This document shows, piece by piece, positions 1-9,661 of a stretch of 64,000 nt of DNA. The position numbers were made by a program, and so were the translations under genes. This DNA is from Sedimentisphaerales bacterium (GTDB lineage Bacteria > Planctomycetota > Phycisphaerae > Sedimentisphaerales > Anaerobacaceae): positions 2,560,001 to 2,624,000 of the forward strand of contig OY970194.1 in the NCBI GenBank assembly GCA_963708075.1, in the 5' to 3' direction. The notes under the pieces were generated by a model. It was given only the letters and a program-made list of their open reading frames with translations. It was not told the DNA's origin and searched no databases. Position 1 is the first letter of the stretch. Every line of letters starts with the position of its first letter.

Positions 1-672
1 TAATCCGCGGGCCAGCAGCGCCGCTTTCGCGTTGTCGCCGGCGCCGACTCCATCGATAATGCCCGCAGCGATCGCGATGACATTTTTCATCGCGCCGGCC
101 AACTCGACACCCACAACGTCCACATTCGTATATACACGAAGCCACGGGCAGGTGAACGTTTGCTGAATGCTCCGGGCCAGATCCTCATTCTCGGACGCCG
201 CGCAGGCGGTCGCGGGCAGCTTCCTCGCCAGCTCGTCCGCGATAGTCGGGCCGCTCAAGACCGCCAGTCCCCTGCCATCGCCGAGCACGTCCGCAATGAT
301 CTGCGTCGGGCGCTGCAGGGTGCCGTTCTCGATGCCCTTGGCGACCGAGACGATGGGCACGTCGCTGGGGACATGGCCCTTGTTGAGACGTTTCCACACG
401 CCGCGCATATACTGACACGGCACAGCCGAGACGATCAAGTCCGCCCCCGCCATCGCCCGATCATCCCGCGGCTCAAAGATCAGCGCGTCGGGCAGCCTGT
501 AGCCGGGCAGAAATTTCGTGTTCTCCCGCTTGCGCTCGATCTGCGCCAACTGCCCCGCGTCAAAGCCCCACATGCGCGTGGCAATCCCTTTCTCGCACAA
601 TAGCATCGACAGAACGCTCGCCATCCCGCCGTCGCCGATGATCGTGACATTGTGATGTTCGCTGATCGCCAT
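1..672 (-). CDS. gpsA: NAD(P)H-dependent glycerol-3-phosphate dehydrogenase (runs off window edge)
   Basis: Manual translation from ATG at 672 gives MAISEHHNVTIIGDGGMASVLSMLLCEKG...RENTKFLPG, then KGIE, LSGPTIA and DVVGVELAGAMKNVIAIAAG, all typical GpsA motifs. Absent from the ORF track because it has no stop in the window. Confidence 0.92.
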   Translation of the reverse strand, partial: MAISEHHNVTIIGDGGMASVLSMLLCEKGIATRMWGFDAGQLAQIERKRENTKFLPGYRLPDALIFEPRDDRAMAGADLIVSAVPCQYMRGVWKRLNKGHVPSDVPIVSVAKGIENGTLQRPTQIIADVLGDGRGLAVLSGPTIADELARKLPATACAASENEDLARSIQQTFTCPWLRVYTNVDVVGVELAGAMKNVIAIAAGIIDGVGAGDNAKAALLARGL

Positions 673-970
673 CCTGACCTCTGATCTTCCCGGTTCCGTC
701 CGCAGATGCGCCACAGCGGCGCCCCTACTCGGCAGATTAGACCGGCAAACGTCAAGCATGTCAATTCGGCCTTCTGCCTAACGACCCTCCGTTAGGTTGA
801 TGCCGCGAGAAGCGTGGACACATTCCTCAAGATAATCTGCACGCGCCGCTAATCCGGGCCCGACGTGCAGCCGATATGATCTCCCAGAATTGAAGCTTCG
901 CGATAGGGTGGTGATAACCAGAAAGCGAGCGGCCGACAAACCGCTCGCTTTTATTTTGCGCACTCAATAC

Positions 971-1834
971 TCAGCGTTCGCGGTACTGCCAATCGAAGTT
1001 GCAGATGTCATCCGCCGTGCCGTAGAGACCGTCGCGGCCAGCACTGACCAGGATGTAAGACTCCGCCCGGTAAGGTAGAGATATCTCGCGGACACGGGTA
1101 TTTTGTGTGTTGAGGTAGAATCGCTTTGGATCGGTTAGCGGATGCATCTGGCCCGGCTTGCCCGGCACGCCAAGCTTGATGAGGGTCTGGTTGTCCTTGT
1201 AGTCGTAGATGTTTTGGGAATTGTCCGGCTCGTTCGCGTCGTGCAAAGTCGCTGAGGTGTCGGCACGGTAGTAAAGGATGGGCATGCCTGTCTTCTTCCC
1301 ACTTGGACGATCTCTTTCAAAGATATCGCATAGGACCAAGATATCCTCGCGAAATGAGCCCATGTTGCCCTTGCCGAAGACTTCCACCAGCCGGTGTGCG
1401 TTGGTGTTTTGGAGAGGCAGAAACAGCGCCAGCCTGGCCTTGAGAGTATCCGCTGTGTACAACGGTGCCAGGGTGTTCGGGTCCAGACCGTCGGCTCGAT
1501 AGCTCGACATCGCATGGAAGCCCCTCTGATCCTGCCCTATCATCGCCTCTGCCAGCTTCATCGCCCCGCAATAGGGCGAGCCCGTTGTATCGTTCGCATC
1601 AGAGGGGGGATACCTGCCAAACGTACTGTCAAAAAGCTCAATCGCGCTTTCCACCGAGGCGAACATGGCACGCTGTTCTATGTCCATCGCGAAGTGAACA
1701 GCGCCCCTGTACGCGAGAAATCCGAGAGTAAGGAGGAGTGTGATCACAACAAGGAGCAACATTCGCCTCTTAGCTGCTCCTTTGCAGCGTGCGGAAGACG
1801 TGCTTGGGAGTGGGATCATTCGCGGTAGCTCCAA
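971..1834 (-). CDS. GspG/pseudopilin-like protein
   Basis: N-terminal hydrophobic helix, FGRYPPS motif, C-terminal YILVSAGRDGLYGTADDI tail typical of T2SS G-like proteins. Start uncertain. Confidence 0.65.
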   Translation of the reverse strand: MELPRMIPLPSTSSARCKGAAKRRMLLLVVITLLLTLGFLAYRGAVHFAMDIEQRAMFASVESAIELFDSTFGRYPPSDANDTTGSPYCGAMKLAEAMIGQDQRGFHAMSSYRADGLDPNTLAPLYTADTLKARLALFLPLQNTNAHRLVEVFGKGNMGSFREDILVLCDIFERDRPSGKKTGMPILYYRADTSATLHDANEPDNSQNIYDYKDNQTLIKLGVPGKPGQMHPLTDPKRFYLNTQNTRVREISLPYRAESYILVSAGRDGLYGTADDICNFDWQYRER

Positions 1835-1919
1835 GCGAACGTTCGTCTCATGACCGTTTCACTCCAGATTCGCTATCCGCTCATCTGCTGCTGGCAATGT
1901 CGCACGTCGATACTGTGCC

Positions 1920-3239
1920 TCAGCCCTGGACGATTTCGAGCTTGTCGGGGTGGAGGCGCTCGAGCTCGGGCAGTTGCTTTTGGCCCATTCTGACGTCGAT
2001 GAGGACGGAGCTGTCGAAGTATTGCTCGCTGAGGATCTGGCCGTGGGCGCGGAGGAAGCTCTGCACCTTGCCGTTGGCCTGGCTGCTGAGGACCCGCAGG
2101 ACGACATCCGGGCCCCGGTAGTGCTGCGTGACCCTGCGGCAGAGCTCATCAAGGCCCATGCACGTCTTGGCTGAGACGGACACCGCCTCGGGGTGGAGCG
2201 TCTGCAGCAGCTCGAGCCGGCCGATCTCCTTGATGGCATCGACCTTATTGAACACCTCCAGGATGGGCTTGTCGCCGCAGCCGATGTCCGCCAAGACCTT
2301 GTTCACCGATTCCATCTGGTTCATGACCTCAGGATTGGACACATCGATCACGTGCAGCAGCAGGTCGGCGAGAACGGCTTCCTCCAGCGTCGCCTTAAAT
2401 GAGGCCACAAGCTGGTGAGGCAGGTTTCGCACGAAGCCGACGGTATCGCTGAGGAGCACCTCGGCCCCCCTGGATGGCACCCACTTCCTCGTGCGTGTGT
2501 CCAGCGTGGCAAACAATCTGTCCTCGGCGAGGACGCCGGCGTCGGTGAGGGCGTTCAGGAGCGTGCTCTTGCCGGCGTTCGTGTAGCCGACGATACAGAC
2601 CTGGAAGAAATCTTTGCGGCCCTTGATCTCGCGCAGCTTGCGCAGGTCGATTCCTTCCAGCTCATCGCGCAGCTCGTTGATCCGCTTGCTGACGATCCGG
2701 CGGTCGATTTCCAACTGCTGCTCGCCCGGACCACGCGTGCCAATGGCGCCGACCGCGCCGGGAGTGCCGGCACCGCCCGCCGCTCCGGCCACTGTGTCCA
2801 AGTGCGACCACATCCGCGTGAGGCGAGGGTAAGTATATTCCAATTGGGCCAGTTCGACCTGTAGCTTGGCCTGCTTGGTCTGTGCCCGGGTTGCGAAAAT
2901 ATCGAGGATCAACTCGCTGCGGTCTACCACCTTGGCCTGGATCACATCCTCCAACTCGCGAATCTGGGCCGGCGACAGGTTGTTGTCAAAGATGATAACA
3001 TCCGCCTTATAGCGTCGGACCCGCTGACCAAGCTGAAGAACCTTGCCCTTACCGATGTAGGTGGCAGGGTTGATTTTGCGGATTTTCTGTTGAAACCGGT
3101 CCACGACAACCGCTCCGGCACTCTCGGCCAGGGCGGTCAATTCCGCCAAGTCATCCCAGCCATCCGCGTTCGGCAGATGTGCGGCCACCAGGATGGCCCG
3201 CTCTTTTCTGACTTCTAACGTCTGACGTATCTTCTCCAA
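1920..3239 (-). CDS. hflX: GTPase HflX
   Basis: LILDIFATRA, AKLQVELAQLEY, RGPGEQQLEIDRR, G1 VGYTNAGKST, LFATLD, DTVGF, NKVD. Confidence 0.97.
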   Translation of the reverse strand: MEKIRQTLEVRKERAILVAAHLPNADGWDDLAELTALAESAGAVVVDRFQQKIRKINPATYIGKGKVLQLGQRVRRYKADVIIFDNNLSPAQIRELEDVIQAKVVDRSELILDIFATRAQTKQAKLQVELAQLEYTYPRLTRMWSHLDTVAGAAGGAGTPGAVGAIGTRGPGEQQLEIDRRIVSKRINELRDELEGIDLRKLREIKGRKDFFQVCIVGYTNAGKSTLLNALTDAGVLAEDRLFATLDTRTRKWVPSRGAEVLLSDTVGFVRNLPHQLVASFKATLEEAVLADLLLHVIDVSNPEVMNQMESVNKVLADIGCGDKPILEVFNKVDAIKEIGRLELLQTLHPEAVSVSAKTCMGLDELCRRVTQHYRGPDVVLRVLSSQANGKVQSFLRAHGQILSEQYFDSSVLIDVRMGQKQLPELERLHPDKLEIVQG

Positions 3240-3356
3240 CTAAGAAGGCACCTCCAAAAGTGCTGGCATTCTATCGCATTCTCGGTCCTTCTTCAAGCGC
3301 CGCCCGCAGAGAACCCGTTAGGCCCTGTAAAAAAAGCGGCAAAACGATTTTTCGGC

Positions 3357-3385
3357 TTGAAAAGGGACGATAAGCATGTTAAAGT
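3357..3385 (+). promoter_or_regulatory. Putative sigma70 promoter of rpsU
   Basis: TTGAAA-17 bp-TAAAGT with extended -10 TG, upstream of the rpsU RBS (AAGGAG at 3459-3464). Confidence 0.5.
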
Positions 3386-3472
3386 GCTGAGTTTGAGTCT
3401 TCCAACAATCTATATATACGTGTCGCCGTCACAAGTGTTTATCAGTTGAAACGGTTTTAAGGAGTGTACTGA

Positions 3473-3649
3473 GTGTTAAAAGTCAAGATGCGTTCAGGCG
3501 AGTCCGTGCAGCAGATGATCCGGCGTTTCAAGAAGCTGTGCGAGAAAGAGGGGCTGATCCGCGATATGAAGCGCACCGCCTACTACGAGAAGCCCTCGGA
3601 GCGGGAACGCCGGCGCATGCGAAAAGCCCAGCGTACCATCAGGCACTAA
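3473..3649 (+). CDS. rpsU: 30S ribosomal protein S21
   Basis: GTG start after AAGGAG. 58 aa: MLKVKMRSGESVQQMIRRFKKLCEKEGLIRDMKRTAYYEKPSERERRRMRKAQRTIRH, with the S21 signature YYEKPS. Not in the ORF track (shorter than 60 aa). Confidence 0.96.
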   Translation: MLKVKMRSGESVQQMIRRFKKLCEKEGLIRDMKRTAYYEKPSERERRRMRKAQRTIRH

Positions 3650-3799
3650 GCCGGGCCCATCCCCCAATTCCAAATACCCACCGGGTAAGCAGAATCTCCT
3701 CCAATTCCTGCTCGGTTCCTCTTTTCCCATCCCAGAGACCTATCCCTGGTCCGGCGGCAATCCAACTTCTGTGGGCAGGCTGTCGGTCTGCGGCACGGC

Positions 3800-5626
3800 T
3801 CACGGCCTGATGACGGATGATCGGGGCGGTGTTGCCATCCCCTCGCCGAAGTAGAAGCCCGGCTGCGTCGGCTGGTTGTAGGCGACGTTCTGCCAGGCCA
3901 CGCTGAGCCGGTAGATCGGGTCGTGCATCAGCGAGCAGAGCCGGCGATCCGCGGGGATCGTCGTAGTGAAGATGCGAAGCTCCTTGCCATCCTTCGTCCT
4001 GGCAACCAACTCCTCACGCCAGTCGCCCAGAATATCCGCGCACAGGCACGGATTCGATTTGGACCCGTTGTTGCGGACGCAATCGTAGTCGCCACCGGAG
4101 AACAGCCGAGTCTGGGTTCCGGCGACATGATCCCACTTATCGATCGTGACGCCGTCGAGAATCTCCCGAAGCACGTCACCATCCCACCAGATGCCCATGT
4201 TGCAGGCCCGGGGCTTGGAGTCCGAGATCTTCTCACCCTTGCAGTTGTACAGGCCGTCGGAGCTGCTCGCCCAGCATTCATAGCCCGGGTGACGCGGGTC
4301 GATGTCCATCGCCAGTCCCCTGCCGGGGTCCTGCAGCTTCAGGCCCCAGATTACCTTGCCCGTGGCGGCATCGAGGAGGCTCGCTCCATACGGGTGAGGC
4401 GGATTCTCATGAATCGACCAGACCTCCAGACCGGGCCTGTCCGGATCAATGTCCGACAGGTGCATTGCGTCGCCGTGGCCCAGCCGGGTGGTATAGAGTC
4501 CCTTGCCGTCGTGATCGATCGCGCAGGCCCCATAGACAATTTCATCCTTGCCGTCCCCATCCACGTCGCCGACACTGAGGTTGTGGTTGCCCTGTCCCCG
4601 GTACTCCCTGTTGCCCGGCGTGCCATCGTCGCTGTCGAACGTCCAGACGTGCGCCAGTTTGCCATCGCGGAAATTCCATGCCGCCAGCACGGCCCGCGTA
4701 TAATAGCCGCGGCACATAATCAGGCTTGGCCTCTCGCCATCCAGATAGGCGATGCACGCCAAGAAGCGATCCACTCTGTTGCCGTAATCGTCGCCCCAGT
4801 CCGCCACTCTGCCCCTGGGCGGGACGTAGTCGGTGGTGACAAGCTCACCGCCGGTTTGACCGTCGAATATCGTGAGGAACTCCGGCCCATCAAGAATGTA
4901 GCCTCGCGGGTTGCGGTAATCCGCGTCGGCATCGCCGATCACCTTGCCTTTACCATCGACCGTGCCATCGGCGGTCTTGCACGCCACCTCCGCCCTGCCA
5001 TCGCCGTCGAGGTCGTACACCATGAATTGCGTATAGTGCGCCCCCTCGCGAATGTTGCGCCCAAGGCTGATTCGCCAGAGAAAGCCGCTGTCGGGATCGT
5101 ATGCCTCCAGGACGGGCGGATCGGTCGTTCCGCTCGATGCATTGTCACGTCCCCTGCCCGCCTGGTGCAGGACGATCTCATATTCGCCATCGCCATCCAA
5201 GTCCCCCACGGAAGCATCGTTCGGCGCGTACCCATCAGGAGTCTGAAGGGGGATGGCGATATATGGCTGCGCCGGGGCATCTGCCGGGAGCGTGAAAGGC
5301 GCACTGGCCTCCCGCTCCTTGCCGTCCTCCAAGGGTCTGACGAAGTAGCCGTTTGACTTGCTCAGATCGACGCCAGTGTCAACATAGTTCGTGCTCTGGA
5401 AGATCGGCTGATCGTTGAGCTTGACGGCCTGCCCTCCGCCGGTCGTGCGATATACGTTGAAGGCAACGTCATTCGGATCGGTCCCCAGAAGCCGCCATCC
5501 GACATAGATCTTGCCCCCGCCCTGATGAATCGCGACCACCCCTCGCCCAAGACTCTCCATTTGCCGCGCGTCAGCCCCGGCCCCAAGAGCAAGGAACATC
5601 ATCCCCATCGGAAATACTGGATTCAC
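3800..5626 (-). CDS. Rhamnogalacturonan lyase (PL11, YesW/YesX-like), secreted
   Basis: Signal peptide, RQMESLGRGVVA, NDASVGDLDGDGEYEI, NIREGAHYTQFMVYDLDGDG, RGYYTR, GQGNHN, GHGDAMH, WQNVAYNQP. Confidence 0.93.
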   Translation of the reverse strand: MNPVFPMGMMFLALGAGADARQMESLGRGVVAIHQGGGKIYVGWRLLGTDPNDVAFNVYRTTGGGQAVKLNDQPIFQSTNYVDTGVDLSKSNGYFVRPLEDGKEREASAPFTLPADAPAQPYIAIPLQTPDGYAPNDASVGDLDGDGEYEIVLHQAGRGRDNASSGTTDPPVLEAYDPDSGFLWRISLGRNIREGAHYTQFMVYDLDGDGRAEVACKTADGTVDGKGKVIGDADADYRNPRGYILDGPEFLTIFDGQTGGELVTTDYVPPRGRVADWGDDYGNRVDRFLACIAYLDGERPSLIMCRGYYTRAVLAAWNFRDGKLAHVWTFDSDDGTPGNREYRGQGNHNLSVGDVDGDGKDEIVYGACAIDHDGKGLYTTRLGHGDAMHLSDIDPDRPGLEVWSIHENPPHPYGASLLDAATGKVIWGLKLQDPGRGLAMDIDPRHPGYECWASSSDGLYNCKGEKISDSKPRACNMGIWWDGDVLREILDGVTIDKWDHVAGTQTRLFSGGDYDCVRNNGSKSNPCLCADILGDWREELVARTKDGKELRIFTTTIPADRRLCSLMHDPIYRLSVAWQNVAYNQPTQPGFYFGEGMATPPRSSVIRP

Positions 5627-5656
5627 AGATGCATCTCCTATACAGGTGCATACGGC

Positions 5657-7822
5657 TCAGGGAAGACGTTGCAGGCCTTCCCATCGCACTTTCCACGTTC
5701 CATTATCCGGGAAGCCCGGAGCCGGCCGGTCGGGGCAGCCGTCCCAGCCGGCGGCCATCATAGCGACCGCCGTTAGCAGGCCACCGTTGCCCGGCAGGTA
5801 TAGAGGCAGCCGGGCCGACTGGTAATTGTGCCCATTCGCCAGCCAGCGATTCTTGGGCGAATCCATGAACAGGGCATCCACTGCCTTCTCAGGCTCGCCG
5901 AGCCGGGCGGCCGTCATCGCCATCATCGGGTAATCCCAACCCCACGTGCTCGACCAATCCCACGATTGCAGGACACGCTCGTATGTCCGCTTCATCACGT
6001 TCGGGTCGATCAGCGGAGTTGGCGGGACAAACCCGTATGCAGCCAGCATCGACGGGTGATCGCGAGAGATCGTGTACGGCGGAGTCTCAATCCCCGTGTA
6101 CACCCCGTCACGGACATTGGGGCGAGAAAGCCCCCGTATCACGTTGTCCCATTTGGGCTCGCGCTCCCGGCCCAGGCGCTGGCGCCATTTCTGCGCGGTC
6201 TCCAGGCCCCAGTGCCAATACGCTAATTCAAACGTCGGATTGAGGTTGCGTGCCTTGTCCGAGCCATAGCTCTCCTGGGCGGGGATCATCGCGGGTCCAA
6301 GCACATACCGGTGATTCCCCTCGTCCCATGTGGGGTACGATGCCATGAACTCAGCCATTTCGAAGACGATTTGCTGATAGCGATCTAATGTCTCTCGACT
6401 TGGATGAGCGCGGTAGCACAACTCGGCGTAGTAAATCGGATGCGGCTGTTGCCAGATCAGAAATACGCCGACATTGCTGGGGCTCTCCCGGCCATCCGGA
6501 CCGACCATCTTCGGCCAGCGGGCACCCTCGTAGCCCTGCATCGAGGCGGTAGCTTTGGCCGCAGGAAGAATCGATTCATACCAAGGCAGGCTTCGCTCCA
6601 GAAGCTCCAGCCGATTCCACAGGGCAAGATGTACGCCGTGCCACCAGTGCATCTCCAGGTGAGACTTGCCGTACCAACTGTTGCAGGTCAGGCCCGTCTC
6701 CTGCGGCGGAGACGGTCCGGCGCACTGAACGGCCATGAGGTACTGCGAAAGCACGACCCTGCGCTCCAACTCGGCCGCACGCGGGTCGCTGCTGCCGGAA
6801 AAATCTATCGCAGCCCCGCGCGTCCAGAATCCCGACCAGTGATCTGCCGCCGCCTTGCGGACCTCGTCAAAACCAGGCAGCACACCTCTGAACTCGGCGG
6901 GCGAGAACGCGACGACAATCTCCAGGGACTCGCCATCTCGCCGGGTAATCTCGTACTCATGCTGTGATTTGACCTGGATTTCACCCCCGGCCGACCACGC
7001 CGCACGGACACAGTACCGATCCGCGTCAAGTACTCGCGTCAGATCAGCTTGGCGGCCCTCAATCCGATGCTGCGTTGTGTGGCGATCCGGGTGGTCCCAA
7101 TCCGCGGCCTTGCCCCATTCTGTGCTGCCGTAAGGGAACTTGAGCGAAATTGCCAACTGCCCCTGCTCCAGCAGCGGCGACTCGAGATGCACCGCGATCA
7201 AATCCTGTTTCGGGTGACATACGGTCAGCACACGAACTGCTCGGTCCTGCACGTCGAACCGGCTCGTTAACAGGCCGGTCCAGAGATCAAGTGCCTGATG
7301 GGTGTTCGTCAGGTCCTGGATATCCGCCGCGGATCCATCGGATTTCGCGATACGTAAGCCGACCTGTCCGAGATGCAGGCGATGCGGGTTGGCTCGCAGC
7401 CAATTTGCCGCCGCTGAATAACCGCCCGAGGCCGCCCCGCCCGACGCATACGGCACCTTTCGTCCGGCCACAGAGTACTCGTTCATCGCATCCGCCAGCT
7501 TGTACCCTTGCGGGTTCGGCAGACTGTGCCAGCCCCATTGCGATTGCGTCGTCAGGGACATTCCCCGCTCGTGGAACTGCGGAAATGTCTGCAGCCCCGT
7601 GATGTCTGCCGTGAACGCAAATCCACCATTGCCCACAGTCAGCGGCGTCAGCGAATCAGGTTTATCAAGCGTCACGTTGTGCCGCGTCACCAGCGCATGC
7701 CGGTCAATCCGACGATTATTCGGATCCTCCAAAGCTGACGTCAATCCAACTGCCAGCAACATATGACCAGCGAACACAGTGACTGGAGCCCATCTCATGA
7801 TAGGAGGTACATTCCACGCCAT
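5657..7822 (-). CDS. Six-hairpin glycoside hydrolase (GH65-like), secreted
   Basis: IDRHALVTRHN, VGNGGFAFTADITGLQT, PPQETGL, WYGKSHLEMHWWH, TWGWDYPM, YLPGNGGLL. Substrate not determinable. Confidence 0.7.
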   Translation of the reverse strand: MAWNVPPIMRWAPVTVFAGHMLLAVGLTSALEDPNNRRIDRHALVTRHNVTLDKPDSLTPLTVGNGGFAFTADITGLQTFPQFHERGMSLTTQSQWGWHSLPNPQGYKLADAMNEYSVAGRKVPYASGGAASGGYSAAANWLRANPHRLHLGQVGLRIAKSDGSAADIQDLTNTHQALDLWTGLLTSRFDVQDRAVRVLTVCHPKQDLIAVHLESPLLEQGQLAISLKFPYGSTEWGKAADWDHPDRHTTQHRIEGRQADLTRVLDADRYCVRAAWSAGGEIQVKSQHEYEITRRDGESLEIVVAFSPAEFRGVLPGFDEVRKAAADHWSGFWTRGAAIDFSGSSDPRAAELERRVVLSQYLMAVQCAGPSPPQETGLTCNSWYGKSHLEMHWWHGVHLALWNRLELLERSLPWYESILPAAKATASMQGYEGARWPKMVGPDGRESPSNVGVFLIWQQPHPIYYAELCYRAHPSRETLDRYQQIVFEMAEFMASYPTWDEGNHRYVLGPAMIPAQESYGSDKARNLNPTFELAYWHWGLETAQKWRQRLGREREPKWDNVIRGLSRPNVRDGVYTGIETPPYTISRDHPSMLAAYGFVPPTPLIDPNVMKRTYERVLQSWDWSSTWGWDYPMMAMTAARLGEPEKAVDALFMDSPKNRWLANGHNYQSARLPLYLPGNGGLLTAVAMMAAGWDGCPDRPAPGFPDNGTWKVRWEGLQRLP

Positions 7823-7856
7823 TTTCGTCCTGCCTATTGGTACAGAGCATCGTCCA

Positions 7857-9200
7857 TCAAACCTTCATGCGGTAGCCCAGCCGGGTAATCAGCCCGGCGA
7901 CACCGACCACGAAGAAAGCCATCATCAAACAACCAAGGATATTCACGAACACAGGCAGCTCGGAGCTCTTGTAGAACCAGAGCGGAACGCCTGTGATCCC
8001 CGCAACGAGATAAAGCATGGGATGGAGGATGTAAGCCAGCAAAGGATTGACGCCCGCCGGACGGACGACGACGCTCCACGCCCGATATCGGCGCACGTCC
8101 ATCAGCCAGTAGAGCACCATCCACACCATGGCAGCCAGGAATGCGCACGTGAAGCACCACGCCGGCGTCGCACGGATCTTGTTGATGCCGAACAGCGGGT
8201 CAAAAAGCAACGCGGCCGCCGCGAGCCAAACCCCGAACCCAACCGTCCAGCGCAGATGCGCCCCGTGGGTCCGCAAGTCCGAGCCTGGCACGAGGATTGA
8301 TCCGAGGCAACAGCCAGCCATGCTGATCGAGGCCAGCGAGCCGAGCGATTCCCCGATCGACACGCGCGATCTTACCCAGAGGAACACGCTCTCGACCTGG
8401 CGCATCGCCGGCGCCGCCCACCCCAGCCAGTCCCTGGAATCCACGCGGGAGAACAGCCCTTTCTGCTCGGCCACGTAGAGCAGCGCCAGCATCGCCGTGG
8501 CTCCGATCAGCCACTCGCGGCGACGGCCGAATGCCAGATAGATCAGCGAGGCCGTCAGGTACGCCCAACCGATCAGACCCAGGATGCCCCACCACGAGTG
8601 GCGAAGCCAAACCGTATCGCCCGGAACCAGCAGCGGCCCAAGCACTAAGGGTTGCCCCTTGTCCGTGCGGTACGCCAGGGCCAGAACGATCAAGGCCACA
8701 ATGCCCGTCACCCGAGCCGCAAGCCATGTCTTTCGCCCCCGCGCGGGGTCGCGAGGCGGTGACATGAATGCCAGGATCATGGCAAGATAGGCGAGGAGTC
8801 CCCATGAGCCTCGGTACCAGGGGTTGTGGTTCTCCCCGTTGACCATCATCACGCCCATCACCAGCAAGGCAAACGTTCGCGCGAGCACTTTGAGCACAAG
8901 CCGAGCCTTCGTCTGGCCGCTCGCCGACGCTCGCTGCAAAGACAATGGGATCGACATCCCCGCAATGAACAGAAACGCCGGGAAGACAACGTCCGGCAAT
9001 GTCATGGCGTCCGCGTCGACACTGACGTGTTTCAACCAGGATGGCGCCCGCCCAACGCCCGCTACGTCATTGACAAAGATCATCAGCAGGATCACCAGGC
9101 CGCGCAACGCATCGACCGATGCGACGCGTTCCTGCGAGGCGGCAACCGAAGATGGGTCCGCAATCATTGTCCCGTCGGTGTTGTCCATCGCATGCATCAT
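7857..9200 (-). CDS. DUF5009/heparan-alpha-glucosaminide N-acetyltransferase-like membrane protein
   Basis: RVASVDALRG, MIFVND, DVVFPAFLFIAGMS, WWGILGLIGWAY, INKIRATP, multiple TM helices. Confidence 0.8.
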   Translation of the reverse strand: MMHAMDNTDGTMIADPSSVAASQERVASVDALRGLVILLMIFVNDVAGVGRAPSWLKHVSVDADAMTLPDVVFPAFLFIAGMSIPLSLQRASASGQTKARLVLKVLARTFALLVMGVMMVNGENHNPWYRGSWGLLAYLAMILAFMSPPRDPARGRKTWLAARVTGIVALIVLALAYRTDKGQPLVLGPLLVPGDTVWLRHSWWGILGLIGWAYLTASLIYLAFGRRREWLIGATAMLALLYVAEQKGLFSRVDSRDWLGWAAPAMRQVESVFLWVRSRVSIGESLGSLASISMAGCCLGSILVPGSDLRTHGAHLRWTVGFGVWLAAAALLFDPLFGINKIRATPAWCFTCAFLAAMVWMVLYWLMDVRRYRAWSVVVRPAGVNPLLAYILHPMLYLVAGITGVPLWFYKSSELPVFVNILGCLMMAFFVVGVAGLITRLGYRMKV

Positions 9201-9227
9201 ACAAAGCTACCTTCCGGCATGACCCCG

Positions 9228-9659
9228 TCACTTTCCGGGACCAACGACTCGGATCGCTCCGGCTTCCAGCAATGGCTCCAGCATGTTGGCGGCGCCGCCG
9301 TGCTCCACGATTCGGCCGTCAATTACTTTCTCTATGTTGACCCCCGTGAATTCGAGGGCCTTGCCAGTCGCTTTCATACCCAGCCATGTGCCCCGATGGG
9401 TGCCGCACGCCGTGATTCGGGATACGACCCAGTCGCCCTCGGCAATCTGCTGCTCAATCCTCACGTGCAGGTCGGGATACACTTCGCGAACACCGAGCAC
9501 GTGCCTCTTCGCCCCTTCGAGCCCTACGGGATACCTGACGTTATTGAAGACCTCCGTATAGTCTGCTGAGATGAACTCCGATAGTTTCCCCACATCGCCG
9601 GTGTTCACGACCTCCTCGACGTAACGACGGACGAGCAATTTGTTCTCTTCTGTGGACAT
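9228..9659 (-). CDS. SnoaL-like/ester cyclase family protein
   Basis: Probable start MSTEENKLLVRRYVEEV at 9659; YPDLHVRIEQQIAEGDWV, GTHRGTWLGMKATGK, DGRIVEH. Confidence 0.85.
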   Translation of the reverse strand: MSTEENKLLVRRYVEEVVNTGDVGKLSEFISADYTEVFNNVRYPVGLEGAKRHVLGVREVYPDLHVRIEQQIAEGDWVVSRITACGTHRGTWLGMKATGKALEFTGVNIEKVIDGRIVEHGGAANMLEPLLEAGAIRVVGPGK

Positions 9660-9661
9660 GA

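Noticed and set aside
3923..5356. Long antisense ORFs (also 12314-13669, 32966-34231, 61379-62590, 30418-31563)
   Set aside because: They overlap well-supported genes on the opposite strand or in another frame, have biased composition and show no family motifs.
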